Assembly (NCBI GenBank): GCA_977018835.1
Contig: OZ361256.1
Location: 7,254,001-7,318,000, forward strand
Origin: Minutocellus sp. GHC0000111
Lineage: Eukaryota
Direction: 5' to 3'
Length of the DNA: 64,000 nt
Of the stretch, positions 22,324 through 34,283 are shown in pieces. The translations under genes and the position numbers were made by a program. The notes under the pieces were generated by a model. It was given only the letters and a program-made list of their open reading frames with translations. It was not told where the DNA came from and ran no database searches. How positions within the stretch are numbered: position 1 is the stretch's first letter; every line of letters starts with the position of its first letter.

Positions 22324-22729
22324 TTGCTTTAGTATGTGTTGATTGGAGATTGTTTATTTGTGAATACCAGCACTGCTATTGGTGGGCGATGCCGGCACCG
22401 CAAGCGAACGGTTCGGCTCGTCGCTCTTGCCGATGGTGCTACGATGTGTTGTGGAGACGCGTGTCGCAGAAAGGCGATGCACGCTCGAAGACAATAGCCC
22501 TCAGAAAATTCGAGACGTCATTCGGAAAGTAGATTACTGAGAGGTCGGGGTTTTCACCATTTCGTCCTAATTACACATTATGGCGATAGCATTAACATTC
22601 AACTCTCTCCGTTGAAGACGAAACAGCCATCGCAGTGGGTCATTGACAGCTTGCCAGGGGTTGCATACGTAACTTGGCAAGCCACCAACTTTTATTCTCT
22701 TCCACCAAGATTTGAACCATTCATCATAT

Positions 22730-24211
22730 TTAACCCTCAAGGGCGGAGGCCCCAGAAATAATCTCAATGAGCTCGGTGGTAATTCTGGCCTGACGGGCAC
22801 GATTGTACTGGAGCGAGAGAGACTCAATCATCTCTCCGGCATTCTTCGACGCGTTCTCCATGGCAGCCATTCGGGAGGACTGCTCGGAGGCGGCTCCGTC
22901 CATGAAGGAGTGGAATAGCTGCGAGGTGAGAAGGTACTCGTAAAGGTCGACCATGATCTCGGCCTTGGTGTCGGGCTCGAACTCATAAGCCATCATGGGC
23001 TCGTCCTCTCCCTCTCCGGAGAAGGGCTTGATGACCTTGTAGGCCTGCTTGTAGACGGCGGCGTTGACGTAAGTGTTGTACATGATAACGACGGCGTCGT
23101 AGTCGGCGGCAACGAGCTCGGCGGAAAGGGCAGCGGCAAGGGTGAAGGTACCGGGGGACTGGATCTCGGTGGCCGAACGCTTGATGATGTCGCCGTGGAT
23201 CCTGCGGAGCTGACCGCGGCCCTTGTCGCCGACGACGACGATGTCGCATTCCCGGCCGGACTCCTGCATCTTACGGACGGCCTCCTTGACACCACGGGAG
23301 ATGAAGGAGTTGACACCACCGCAGAGACCCTTGTCACTGGTGATGGGGACGAGGAGGGTCTTCTGGGGGAGGTCGTCGTAGGTGGCGTCCTCCATGCTGA
23401 TGGGCTCGCCACAGAGGGGAGTCGTCCAAGCGTTGAACGGCTTGGCCACGGCGAGGCGGTTCTCATCACCCTTGAGCTTGGCGGCGGAAACCATCTTCAT
23501 CGACGAGGTAATCTTTTGGATGTTCTTCGTCGATTGCATCTGAGTGAACAGCTGCTTCTCGGTCGCCATACCACGCGTTTGTTGCATGGGCCTGATTGAC
23601 GAGGAGAGAGGTCGAAAGAGGGAGGGAAAAAGAACACAAAGTTAGTTTTTGAAGCATCAGGTGTGTCATCATCAGACGGAGCCGCAGGTAACTCGACAGC
23701 ACCCTCTGTTGAAGCCTCTGCAGTATTCTGCGCCATCAGCAGATCAATCAACGCATGCGGCAGCAACATTTCTGCCGCCGATATGTCGATACGCCGATAT
23801 CATGCAAGCATCGACCGATTTTTCCAACCATGTCCATCTGTCCGTCTCCCGCATCGAACCTTCCTCCGGAGCAATCCGATACCGCCCTCTGCCTTTGACC
23901 TCCTTGGCATGGCCAAACAACGCCGTTCTTGCCGCCACCACCCAGCAGGAACACCACAGGACGCCACCGATGGGCTGTATCCGCCAAATCTGGTCTATGG
24001 CACATGTTATGCGCCATGCGTCCGTCATCGGCACGTCCCTTCCTCCGGGGGCTCGTCCCCCTCCTCGTTGCGACAGAAACACCGAAATGTCGCGTACTGC
24101 CGCAACTGCAAGGGCCACTGCCATCCTTCACCACCACAGGGAAACTCACTGGGACTGCGCCATGGCGCGGGAGGCCACCCTCCGGGCGGTGTTCGCGATA
24201 GAGGAGCGCAT
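22730..24211 (-). CDS. ATP3: Mitochondrial ATP synthase F1 gamma subunit; exons 24211-24150, 23591-22730
   Basis: KNIQKITSSMKMVSAAKL, TSDKGLCGG, SRMAAMENASKNA, RARQARITTELIEIISGA. The Arg-rich transit peptide exon is joined by a GTGAGT...CAG intron (23592-24149). Confidence 0.95.
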
Positions 24212-24363
24212 CTTGGCCAAACTACAACTCGCCGAGAGAAGTGCAGGTGAAGGGAGAGGCAAAACTCCTTCCGTTGGTCGTGACGGGACCAGCCAAGCGC
24301 CCTCCTCGCCTCTCCTCCTCCGCTCAAGTTCAAGAAAAAAGCATAAAACCATACCGAGCCATC

Positions 24364-25881
24364 ATGAGCGCTGAAGAGGCCGCCATCCTCACGCACCTGT
24401 CCTCTGGGCCGGATGCCACCATCGAGGACACGCTGACGTGGTCGGAGCAGTCCAAGCTCGACCACAAGGCCGTCGTCGGCGCCGTCAAGTCGCTCCAGGT
24501 CGACGCGTACGTCACGGCCACCGACCTGACCAAGTCCTACTTCGACCTTTCGGCCGAGGCCAAGGACATACTGGCCAATGGATCGCAGGAGATCATCGTC
24601 CTCGGCGCGCTGTGCGAGGCCGGCGAGGCTGGCATTTCGATGCCCGATCTGCAGGCCAAGGTCGGAAAGAACGTTTGCAAGATTGGCATGGGCAACTGCA
24701 TGAAAAACAAGTGGGCCAAGAAGGACGGCGGCAACCTCGTTGCCACCAAGGCTCTGGCCGACGTGACCGACGAGGTCAAGGCCCACCTCAAGGCTTTGGC
24801 CGATGCCGGCGGGAGCGAATCGGCCGTCGATGCCAAGACCGTCCAGGCCCTCAAAAGGAGGAAGCTGATCAACCTTGTGACGCTCAAATCCTACCAGGTC
24901 GGACGGGGCGAGTCCTACGCCCCCATCCGCAAGAAGAAGGCGGCCGACCTGACCAAGGAGATGTTGGATTCCGGTGCGTGGAAGACGACCGAGTTCAAGC
25001 AGTACAACTTCCAGACTCTTGGTGAGAAGGTCGGCGGTGGATATCTCCACCCCCTCCTCAAGGTTCGGGCCGAGTTCCGCAACATCCTCCTGGAGATGGG
25101 CTTCCACGAGATGCCCACCAACAAGTGGGTCGAGTCGTCCTTCTGGAACTTCGACAGTCTGTTCCAGCCTCAATCGCATCCCGCCCGTGATGCGCACGAC
25201 ACCTTCTTCATCAAGGAGCCCGCTCAGACCGTATCCCTCCCCGAGGACTACTACGACCGAGTCAAGACCATGCACGAGGTTGGCGGATCCGGTTCCATCG
25301 GCTACCGCTACGACTTCAAGAGGGAGGAAACCCTCAAGAATCTTCTCCGTACGCACACCACGGCCGTGTCGTCGCAGATGCTGTACAAGCTTGCCAACCA
25401 GGAGGGTGGATTCAAGCCCGCCCGATACTTCTCCATCGACCGTGTCTTCCGTAACGAGACCATGGATGCCACCCATCTCTGCGAGTTCCATCAGGTCGAG
25501 GGCCTCGTCGCCGACTACGACCTCTCTCTCGGCGACTTGATCGGTACCATCGAAACTTTCTTCAAGAAGATTGGCATCGAGAAGCTCCGTTTCAAGCCTG
25601 CCTTCAACCCCTACACCGAACCCTCGATGGAGATCTTCGGATACCACCCCGACCTTAAGAAGTGGACCGAGATTGGCAACTCCGGTATGTTCCGTCCCGA
25701 GATGCTTGCCCCGATGGGCCTTCCCGAGAATGTCCGGGTCATTGCCTGGGGTCTGTCCCTCGAGCGACCGACCATGATCAAGTACCGCATCAAGAACATT
25801 CGCGATCTGTTTGGCCACAAGGTGGATATGTCCAGAACTCGCATGGCGCCGATCTGCAGGTTCGACGATCTTACAGAATGA
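24364..25881 (+). CDS. FARSA: Cytosolic phenylalanyl-tRNA synthetase alpha subunit
   Basis: FWNFDSLFQPQSHPARDAHDTFF, LRTHTTAVS, DRVFRNE, EFHQVEG, AWGLSLERP. Confidence 0.97.
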   Translation: MSAEEAAILTHLSSGPDATIEDTLTWSEQSKLDHKAVVGAVKSLQVDAYVTATDLTKSYFDLSAEAKDILANGSQEIIVLGALCEAGEAGISMPDLQAKVGKNVCKIGMGNCMKNKWAKKDGGNLVATKALADVTDEVKAHLKALADAGGSESAVDAKTVQALKRRKLINLVTLKSYQVGRGESYAPIRKKKAADLTKEMLDSGAWKTTEFKQYNFQTLGEKVGGGYLHPLLKVRAEFRNILLEMGFHEMPTNKWVESSFWNFDSLFQPQSHPARDAHDTFFIKEPAQTVSLPEDYYDRVKTMHEVGGSGSIGYRYDFKREETLKNLLRTHTTAVSSQMLYKLANQEGGFKPARYFSIDRVFRNETMDATHLCEFHQVEGLVADYDLSLGDLIGTIETFFKKIGIEKLRFKPAFNPYTEPSMEIFGYHPDLKKWTEIGNSGMFRPEMLAPMGLPENVRVIAWGLSLERPTMIKYRIKNIRDLFGHKVDMSRTRMAPICRFDDLTE

Positions 25882-25945
25882 AAATTAAAGTAGTTGTCGT
25901 TCGATGCATCTCTTTAAAAATATTCTACCCTGCTCTATAGTAGAG

Positions 25946-27604
25946 CTACCGAACACAGGTATAAGCTACAAGCCAGCGGGCCAGCTGATGATTGAGAGGC
26001 TGCTCAATCGTATCCGTCAACTCCATGCCTGCTCTTTCTGCCAGGTCATCGTCTGGAAGGCCATCAAAGAGTGATTCTCCAGGTGCGACCGGAACGAATG
26101 CTGATAAGCGTTCCCCGACCTTGATGAGTGGCGTGCCCGCATCTCGATCCTCCACGATGGATTCAAATAGCTGCACGAGAGGAGGTGACGAATTATCCCC
26201 TGCCTTCTCCCTAACCCCGTATGGAGGATCCGTGACGATACAATCGAATGCTTCATCTCCAATAGCCCTCCGCGCTTTCTCTCGAAATTCTCTGTCCATC
26301 GAATCACCGCGAATAATTGCATTCGGAACTTTGAGGTTGCGAGAGGTAAAGTCTTCGATAATATCCTCCTTCTTGACAAACTTTTACAGTGCAATTTCAA
26401 TTCCAACTGTCGTGCAATTTGGTGCCACGGATGCAGCAGCCAACAGAGTCGCGCAGCTCCCAGCGTAGGTATCCAGCACCTTCGAATCGTCGTTCACCCT
26501 TGCAAAATTACAGAGGTTGTACACAGCAATTGGCTCAAGTGGAGTATTGGTAATACATATTCGAGTCTTTGGTGCAATGCGAGAGATTTTCGGGCCCTTC
26601 GCAATGGTCCTGGCTAAAACAATCTGCCCCTCTTTGGTGCCCTCAAACAAGTAAAGGCCACAATCGGGATTCATTAAATCGACCTTGCCCTTGAATTTGA
26701 GGAATAATTCAGCCATTGCTTGTATCGCCTGCTTCTCAGCTCTAATCGGGCTTCGAACATTTTTGCCATAACGTCTTCCCTTATCATTGGTTGATGTGGA
26801 ACCATATTGTCGCAATCGGAGTCTCCATGTTGCATCTTCGTTGTCACCTCCACTCAGTACATCGTCCAACGCACCCGTCTCGAGTGCTAATTGGGCCAGC
26901 TCTTCGTACGTGTCACCCTTTGCAACGACTTCGTAGCATTCCCGTATCAATGAACTTCTCTCTGTTGCTTGAATGAGCCAATCTTTGGATATAGGGCTAC
27001 CATCGGCATTCGTTATGAATTCCATCGCACCCTCGATGCCCTTCAACTCTCGTTCAGACAGTTCTCGTTCGCCACCATACTTGAGCATACCATTATACTT
27101 GAGATCACGCGCACCACTCAAGCCAAAGGTAGCCGCAATCGAATTCGACAGTTCTTGGTGTCTAAATTGAAATGAATACCCGGCTGCAGATTCTCCCCTC
27201 CAAAGTACAATCTTCTCGCGGTTCGCAGATGTAAGTGGTGCCGATGATAATGGTGCCGGCGATACTTTGGTACTTATGTCGCCATTGGCCAACGTGCTGA
27301 AGCGAACAAGGGCCGAATGCCCACTACTTTCAGCAAAGCATGTGCCATCGATAGATGCCCAAGATGGCGTACGCGTGGCCAACGACGGACGAGCATTACA
27401 TTTACGTGCAGGTCGAAGTGCGTGCTGGGAACGTGATCGAGACGACAATCGACGCAAAGTGGTGCTTCCACTTCGAGAGCTAGCAAACGCAGAGACAGCT
27501 AGTGGGCGAGCAGTGGCAATCAGCGCCATGCTTGGAACTATCAGCCTCATCAGAAGGGCTGGTAGCATGAGCTCAGCTCTGCGGTTGGTTGGTTGGCCGT
27601 GCAT
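25946..27604 (-). pseudogene. Trm11-like tRNA (guanine-N2) methyltransferase, likely plastid-targeted, with an in-frame TAA (26384-26386)
   Basis: Signal peptide + VSAF motif; SAM motif VLDTYAGS. C-terminal IVTDPPYGVRE lies in the same frame after GIEIAL*KFV. Confidence 0.75.
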
Positions 27605-27804
27605 GCGTTTGCGTTGATAGCTGCCACGAAATTTTTTTGTGAGGCTGCTGCAGGAGATCAGCAGACACGCTCGACCGAAGTGAGATTGACGGATCATTGT
27701 TCATGTCACAACTGTGCAGTAATGATCTACCGGTAACTGCTGTACTGGTACGTAGCAGCTAAATCTGTTCTAACTCATGAAAAGATGTTCTCTAGTAGAT
27801 AGAA

Positions 27805-29481
27805 ATGGCCACGCAGGTGAAGGGAGCTGCATCGTCATCCGCAGCAGCCTGCATCAGTGATGACGAGGAGGAGGAGGACGAGGTCAAGAAGGATCTCCCA
27901 CTACCTCCACCTCCGCCACCGCCAATTCCCAGCACCACCAGCACTGAACCCCTTGTATTCCAACGTCAGAGGGAGCGTATCGCTGAAGTGCGCAATCTCC
28001 GTCTCGCTGCCAAATTTCATCGACAGGTAGTGCTGATGCGATGCATTCAAGCATGGCACAACCAGACCGAGATCACCAAGCAAATGCTGCAAGACGCATA
28101 CCGTATAATGAAACGAACACTCCTCCTTTGGCACGACGAAGCCATGCGCCTTATTGAACAACGAGAGGCTCTTAGCTTGTTTCATTCTATCGCATCGCGG
28201 TGTCAACGTCGTCTCCTAGCTTCTGCTTTTAACAGTTGGGATTATCAAGCCAAGCAGGATAAGCTAATTGAGAGCACCTTTGTGGCTTGGAGAGAGGAGA
28301 CGAGGGCCGAGCTTGTCACCTTTAAAGGAAACGAAACAGCTGCTATACGATTCAGTCATCGCATGCTGATGAAATCTACCTTCAGCAATTGGAAAGACGA
28401 GGCATTGGTGTCTACTCACAGGAAACACAACAATCGCAAAACGCTCCACATTAACATTACTGCCTGGAGAGCTCGCACTGACTGTGAAACCGAGACTCGC
28501 CAGGAAGCTCTCAAAGCAATCACAAAACAACGTCGTGATCAGACGATGAAGAGAGTCTTTGGGGTGTGGAGACTCGATGCCAGTACGACGACAATGCAAA
28601 GAGATGCAATTTCGACTGTTATGAGAATCTCAAACGAATCCATCCAACGACAAATCCTCTTCACATGGCTCAGCATTTGCGTAACTTGTACTCGCTTTGA
28701 TATGGCCAGCGCTATACTTTCAAACATTGCCGATAAAGTTCACATTCGAGGAGCACTCATCTCTTGGGTGGATGTGACGGCACTGATAGTCAAAAAGGAA
28801 AAGATTGTCCTAGCTACAATATTGAATCGCTGGAGCATGCTTGTAGAAGAAAGGAAGCACCGTCGAGCTCTGAATGAGATGGCTCTTCAACATTGGGCTT
28901 GCAACTTTTGTAAACGAACTCTTCGTCAGTGGAAGGCTTCGGTCGAAGAAATTCGGGAGGAACAAAAGGCAACGTTCCGAAGATCCATGCACTCGACATC
29001 GCATTCTCTCCGCATGTCTTCGTCGATGCCACCGCCACGACAACTGGCACTGCCATCTTTGTCACTGCTTTCAAATTCTTCCAATAGGAACGGCATCGCT
29101 AGTCCTCTTAATTCTGGTTTGGTCAAGACAAACTTTTTGACTGGCAGTATCAATTCCATTAGGCCGAGCACCGACAGTCTGAAGGCAATATCGACCCAAC
29201 ATGCAAGTCCAATTCGTACTACTTCTCCAACAACTCGTCACGAAACTATCACAAGCCATCGTACTCAAATGCTTGCCAAACAATGGGCCTCACCAACCAC
29301 AGCCCAGCAACAGACGCGGCAACTGTTGCCACAACTGAACGAGGTCCGTATTAGTAGCAGCACAAATACTAATTCCAGCGCTAGCGGTGGAAGTCCATTC
29401 GGTGTTCGAGTGCCTCGATGGATTCAGGAAGAAATTTCTGGAAGATGTCATCAGTCTCATATGGTACCTCGATATCGATGA
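27805..29481 (+). CDS. Sfi1-like repeat protein (putative centrin-binding)
   Basis: About 11-12 helical repeats ending in (L/M)xxxFxxW-type motifs (AFNSW, TFVAW, TFSNW, VFGVW, TLRQW) at roughly 20-35-aa spacing. Confidence 0.7.
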   Translation: MATQVKGAASSSAAACISDDEEEEDEVKKDLPLPPPPPPPIPSTTSTEPLVFQRQRERIAEVRNLRLAAKFHRQVVLMRCIQAWHNQTEITKQMLQDAYRIMKRTLLLWHDEAMRLIEQREALSLFHSIASRCQRRLLASAFNSWDYQAKQDKLIESTFVAWREETRAELVTFKGNETAAIRFSHRMLMKSTFSNWKDEALVSTHRKHNNRKTLHINITAWRARTDCETETRQEALKAITKQRRDQTMKRVFGVWRLDASTTTMQRDAISTVMRISNESIQRQILFTWLSICVTCTRFDMASAILSNIADKVHIRGALISWVDVTALIVKKEKIVLATILNRWSMLVEERKHRRALNEMALQHWACNFCKRTLRQWKASVEEIREEQKATFRRSMHSTSHSLRMSSSMPPPRQLALPSLSLLSNSSNRNGIASPLNSGLVKTNFLTGSINSIRPSTDSLKAISTQHASPIRTTSPTTRHETITSHRTQMLAKQWASPTTAQQQTRQLLPQLNEVRISSSTNTNSSASGGSPFGVRVPRWIQEEISGRCHQSHMVPRYR

Positions 29482-29592
29482 TCGGGGAACGTGACATACA
29501 ATTGTAGTGCGTTAACAATAGTAACTCACTGCTGACTTGCATGCTGACTTGGGATAGTCACACGACACTCACTTCGGCTAAACGCTCATCAA

Positions 29593-29913
29593 TTAGTCGT
29601 CATCATCGAAGAACCCGCCCAGCATAGGAGGCATAAAGATACGGCAAATGAACTCATCCTGCTCATCCACCGACAGTTCCGACCACAACCGCTTCTGTTC
29701 GGTATTCCCACCCGTTTGGACTACCTCCCTCTCGAAACGTTTCCTGGTCTCGTCAGCCTTGGAGGCGGCGAGGTGAGCGCTCGGTGTTTCCAAGCGCAGG
29801 TTGTGCTGGCTTTCCTCATGGCCAATAGCGGCTCGAAACGCCTTGGCCGAGACCATGAACACCTGATCGTCCGTGGTAGCGACCGCGACGAAGCGATCCA
29901 GGGGGGTGCTCAT
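29593..29913 (-). CDS. Small hypothetical protein
   Basis: 106-aa ATG-initiated ORF with protein-like composition and an acidic tail, head-to-head with PP2A. Confidence 0.45.
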   Translation of the reverse strand: MSTPLDRFVAVATTDDQVFMVSAKAFRAAIGHEESQHNLRLETPSAHLAASKADETRKRFEREVVQTGGNTEQKRLWSELSVDEQDEFICRIFMPPMLGGFFDDDD

Positions 29914-30114
29914 CCTTACGACGCGGCGCCGCACAGAAATGAGCAAAATTGCAAAGCAAGTTGCACCGTCCGGATGAATGTTCTGTATGTTGATCTCTCG
30001 GGGTAATGATTTTCCCTCCCGGCTTCTCTAGCTCTGCTCATCTTCATCACAAGCCCAAGTCTTTGTGTGTTGTTATTGCGGGCCCAGAGTTACAGACCGA
30101 GCCTCCCAGACGAG

Positions 30115-31498
30115 ATGGCCCGACCAACGATTGATATTGACGAACAGATAGACCGCCTCCGGGCGGGTGGGACCCTGACCGAGAACGAGGTCAAGGCATT
30201 ATGCGAGAAGGTACGTCGGTCATGCGGTGACCGGACGGGGTCTGCCCTCCGACCGACCCCGCCACTGGGGGTCATGTCATGTGTTCTCCGGTCGGTTCGA
30301 TATGGCTGCCGGACGCCAAGGAGATATACGCGACGGTGTTGAATTATATGTTCAAGTGCCGTTCGTTGAGTCAGCGGGGGTACCGGCTGGGTGGCTGCAT
30401 TTGTTTCGGTACCGTCCTCGTTCCGACGCAGAAATTATTTTGCGTTTCGGGAGGCCTTGATGTTCAACTCTTTCCCCAAATCAAAATGCAGGCCAAGGAA
30501 ATTTTACAGGAGGAATCCAATGTACAACCGGTCAAGGCCCCGGTAACAATCTGCGGTGACATTCACGGGCAGTTCTACGACCTGGCGGAACTGTTCCGCA
30601 TCGGCGGTTCGTGTCCCGACTCGAACTACCTCTTCATGGGCGACTACGTCGATCGGGGATACTACTCGCTGGAGACCGTGACGCTCCTCGTGGCACTCAA
30701 GGTCCGGTACCGTCATCGCATCACCATCCTCCGGGGCAACCACGAGAGTCGCCAGATCACCCAGGTCTACGGCTTCTACGACGAATACCTCCGAAAGTAC
30801 GGCAACGCCAACGTATGGAAGCACTTCACCGACACCTTCGACTACCTCCCCATGACGGCCGTCGTAGAGGACCGAATCTTCTGCCTCCACGGCGGACTTA
30901 GCCCCTCCATTGACACCCTCGACCATGCCCGAGACCTTGACCGCGTCCAGGAGGTACCCCACGAGGGACCCATGTGCGACCTGGTCTGGTCCGATCCCGA
31001 CGACCGATGCGGCTGGGGCATATCGCCGCGCGGGGCCGGCTACACCTTCGGCCAAGACATTACCGAACAGTTCACCCACATCAATGGACTGCACTTCATC
31101 GCCCGAGCACACCAGCTCGTTATGGAGGGGTACCAGTGGCAGCACAATAAGGGCGTCGTCACGGTCTTTTCCGCTCCGAACTACTGCTACCGGTGCGGCA
31201 ACCAGGCGGCGATAATGGAGGTCGATGACTCGCTGGATCAGGCTACCAAAGAAACTATTTACGACCATTGCAAATTGTAAGTTTTATGCTGGTATCGTTT
31301 TTGTTGGGGGTGGTCCGTTCTTACCGGGGATCCGGCTCGTATTTTGTTTGGATACATGTTTTCTGACCCTTTCATTCTTCGTTCTATCTTCCCCTGCTCA
31401 CTCGTTCGGCATCGCGTCTCGACAGCTCTCAATTTGACCCAGCCTTGAGAGATGAGAACTGGCACAAGAGTCCTCGAACTCCGGACTACTTCCTCTAG
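30115..31498 (+). CDS. PP2A-C: Ser/Thr protein phosphatase 2A catalytic subunit; exons 30115-30210, 30492-31276, 31426-31498
   Basis: [29 protein letters not shown] and the spliced C-terminus TPDYFL. GT-AG introns at 30211-30491 and 31277-31425. Confidence 0.97.
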
Positions 31499-31995
31499 GT
31501 GTACTATTTTAATATCGATGTTGGGGAAGTTTTGCTGTTTGTTCCTTGGAGTTTTTGGATGTGGACCGATCGTGGGTCAGATGTTTCCTGCAAGTCGCAA
31601 ATGAGGCCAACAAATAGTTCTTGGCGGGTGGACCAGCTCGTCAGAAAGAAGTTTGGCTATCGGGTTGCAAGAAATCAGCAGAGTGCATGCGTGGGAGGGC
31701 AATGCAGATTTGGTGCGGTGTGCCGAGCTTTCAAGATGAAGTAGTCGAAAATCACTGACGTCGGCCCGGAGGAAAATCTGATATGAATGCCCATGACGAC
31801 AATGGACTTGGAACCCATGCCAAACAAGTATGTGTTTGCTTGTCTACTAACAGCTAGAAACTCGAAAGAAAGTTATCATAGAGACAAGTGTTACTAATCG
31901 CAATGTAGCTCTACATGCTTGTGATCACTTAATGATTTTACCCAAGTGCGTCGGCCGCCAGCCGCGGTTAGTCCGAATGAGCAGTATTTATGGCA

Positions 31996-32571
31996 TCAAG
32001 CGCCTGCACTATTGCTACCATTCCCTTCGGCACCACTCCCTTCGGTAGACAATGACGATAGTTTCCCTTCCAACAGACCCATTTGTCGTTCCAAGGCCGA
32101 TATGTCCGCGGAAGATTCCTCCAGCCTGGAACTGGCGTCTGCCACATAGGAATTGAGGAATTGGCTGGACGAAAGCAAGACATCCTGCAGCACGCGAGAC
32201 GTCGTCGACATTGGTAGAGCTGATTGGTGAGAAAAGGTCTTTTGCTGATATTGTCGTATCCGATCCATGTTCTTTCTCCTTGCTTCTATCTCGGACTCTT
32301 GTGCTTGGGATGAATTCGGAGAAGCCTCCATATCTGACGTCTTCAGCATTTCTTTGGTCTGGCTGGATACCTCGACAGCACCACCAGCATTTTCACCCCC
32401 ATCGACCCGATTAGATTCATCGGGAGCACCGCTAGCTTCATTCACGCGGCCATCGCCGTCCTCGGAAACACCTCCCCGCACTCGCTGTTTGTGCAATCTT
32501 TCTCGTTCCGAGGGAAGGAGAGGTAGGTTCATGCGGATTGCCGCTCCGCTGCTGCGGGTTGCTGATGACAT
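31996..32571 (-). CDS. WASH complex subunit 3 (CCDC53)/BRICK1-like coiled-coil protein
   Basis: SSQFLNSYVADASSRLEESSADISALERQMGLLEGKLSSL matches the CCDC53 core pattern (FLN...KL...LE..L..L.AKLSS). Confidence 0.55.
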   Translation of the reverse strand: MSSATRSSGAAIRMNLPLLPSERERLHKQRVRGGVSEDGDGRVNEASGAPDESNRVDGGENAGGAVEVSSQTKEMLKTSDMEASPNSSQAQESEIEARRKNMDRIRQYQQKTFSHQSALPMSTTSRVLQDVLLSSSQFLNSYVADASSRLEESSADISALERQMGLLEGKLSSLSTEGSGAEGNGSNSAGA

Positions 32572-32664
32572 GCTTGCCCACGGTGCCGTCAATACGATAC
32601 AAATGGTTAGCTTAAAGTCGTTCAGCCAGTAAGCTTATTGCTGCAAGTCAAAGAGGTTCTTGCC

Positions 32665-34056
32665 ATGCAACCAATTCGCACTTGCTTTGCATCGCATGAT
32701 GATAATAAATCTGGCTGTTGGTCCCGCTTGCTTCGCCGACGGCGAAGTTTTCTGCCGGTCGCTGCCGTCGCATTTCTCCATGCGAAATGCTCCCCAAGTC
32801 CTTCTCCTTTGCCATCGGCGTTGCTGGCGCAATGTCGGCCCATTCCTCTGTCGACAGCCTTCTTGCATCGCACCACCAGAACATGCCGGCGTTGCAGCAG
32901 CAATTTAGCAACAAGTCGCAGCAATGATGACGAACAATTCCCGTCTCATCTAATGACGCCTTTGGAGGACATTGAACCAAGACGGGCAAAGCATATGGCA
33001 AATATCAAGCGGGTGCGATCAGTTAGTGATATCCATACCGACTATGAAGCCAACATGGAGTGGGCTAAAAATTTGAAGGCCGATCGAGATTGTCTCTTGA
33101 TTGTGGCGGGAGATATTAGTCATGATAAACTCATCATTCGCAAAACATTGCAACCACTGAGACGAAAGTTCGGGGCGGTTTCGTATACTCCTGGCAATCA
33201 CGATCTATGGATTGAGCATGGAGTTGAAAACTCAATAGAGAAGCTCGTATCGTTGATACAGCTTTGCGATGACATTGACGTCGAGACTGGCCCTGTTCGA
33301 CTAGGAAACATTGACAAAGGCCTATGGGTGACGCCTCTCCTATCCTGGCATCATCAATCGTTTGACACAGAGCCAGACATAGATCCAAATGCCTGGGGTC
33401 GAATTCCCAGCGTCGAGAAACTGGTTGCAGATTATCGTCGTGCTCGCTGGCCTGAGCCGTTATCACCTCGAGATGACTCCGTGGCTCGATGGGTTGATGA
33501 GATCAATGACTACATATTGGGCGATTTGAGTGAAACGATGAATGACGGCTCTCCGATTCTCACGTTCTCGCATTTTCTTCCGCGGATTGAACTAAATCCT
33601 GAAAAGAGGTACATGACGTACCCTACACTGAACAAGGCCATCGGAAGCGTATATGTGGAGCGAAGATTGCGAGCTTTGAATAGTTCCTTCCATATTTTTG
33701 GCCACACTCATTTCGGTTGGGATGCTGAGCTGAGCAATGTTCGGTATATCCAGTCATCCCTGGCGTATCCGAAGGAATGGGAATATCGTTCAAGGTCATT
33801 AAGCCTCGGATCTATGTCTGAAGATTGTGGGTTCTATCCTGTATCTGTTTGGGAGCAAGATGAGACAGGAGAGGGCGATGGCTTCCCTGACGAGCCATTG
33901 GGAGGGTATTGGAGTGATCGATATTATCACGTGGAGAGAACGCCGGAAATTGTTGACGCGCTGCCTCCTTGGAATGCAGCTCGATTCCGACAACTTGAAG
34001 GTGGTCGAGTTGAAGACTATGTGCGGCACAAATCCACGAGATTTGAGAAGTTTTGA
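32665..34056 (+). CDS. Calcineurin-like metallophosphoesterase (PptH/ACP phosphodiesterase-like)
   Basis: SDIH, AGDIS, PGNHDLW, FSHFLPR, FGHTH. Confidence 0.85.
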   Translation: MQPIRTCFASHDDNKSGCWSRLLRRRRSFLPVAAVAFLHAKCSPSPSPLPSALLAQCRPIPLSTAFLHRTTRTCRRCSSNLATSRSNDDEQFPSHLMTPLEDIEPRRAKHMANIKRVRSVSDIHTDYEANMEWAKNLKADRDCLLIVAGDISHDKLIIRKTLQPLRRKFGAVSYTPGNHDLWIEHGVENSIEKLVSLIQLCDDIDVETGPVRLGNIDKGLWVTPLLSWHHQSFDTEPDIDPNAWGRIPSVEKLVADYRRARWPEPLSPRDDSVARWVDEINDYILGDLSETMNDGSPILTFSHFLPRIELNPEKRYMTYPTLNKAIGSVYVERRLRALNSSFHIFGHTHFGWDAELSNVRYIQSSLAYPKEWEYRSRSLSLGSMSEDCGFYPVSVWEQDETGEGDGFPDEPLGGYWSDRYYHVERTPEIVDALPPWNAARFRQLEGGRVEDYVRHKSTRFEKF

Positions 34057-34283
34057 TCTACTAGTACCGGTACTAAAATACTAGTCCAAAGTTGTAATCA
34101 ATCAATTGCCTGGTTTATAAGGACTTAAAAAACAGTATGACCTATGCTACATGTGTGCAAGTTACAAGAGATAGTGACTTACAGAACGCAACTTCAGAAC
34201 AACCAACCGACCGTCCATTTTTTCTTTTTTTGTTATATATCGAGGTAGGACCATCACCTGCAGCAGCAACGCAATGTGCACGC

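Noticed and set aside
24025..25818. 597-aa antisense ORF over PheRS (and similar ones over RPL4, RACK1, PP2A, Nup85 and NAP1)
   Set aside because: Shadow ORFs produced by the strong C/G third-position codon bias of the real genes; no recognisable motifs.
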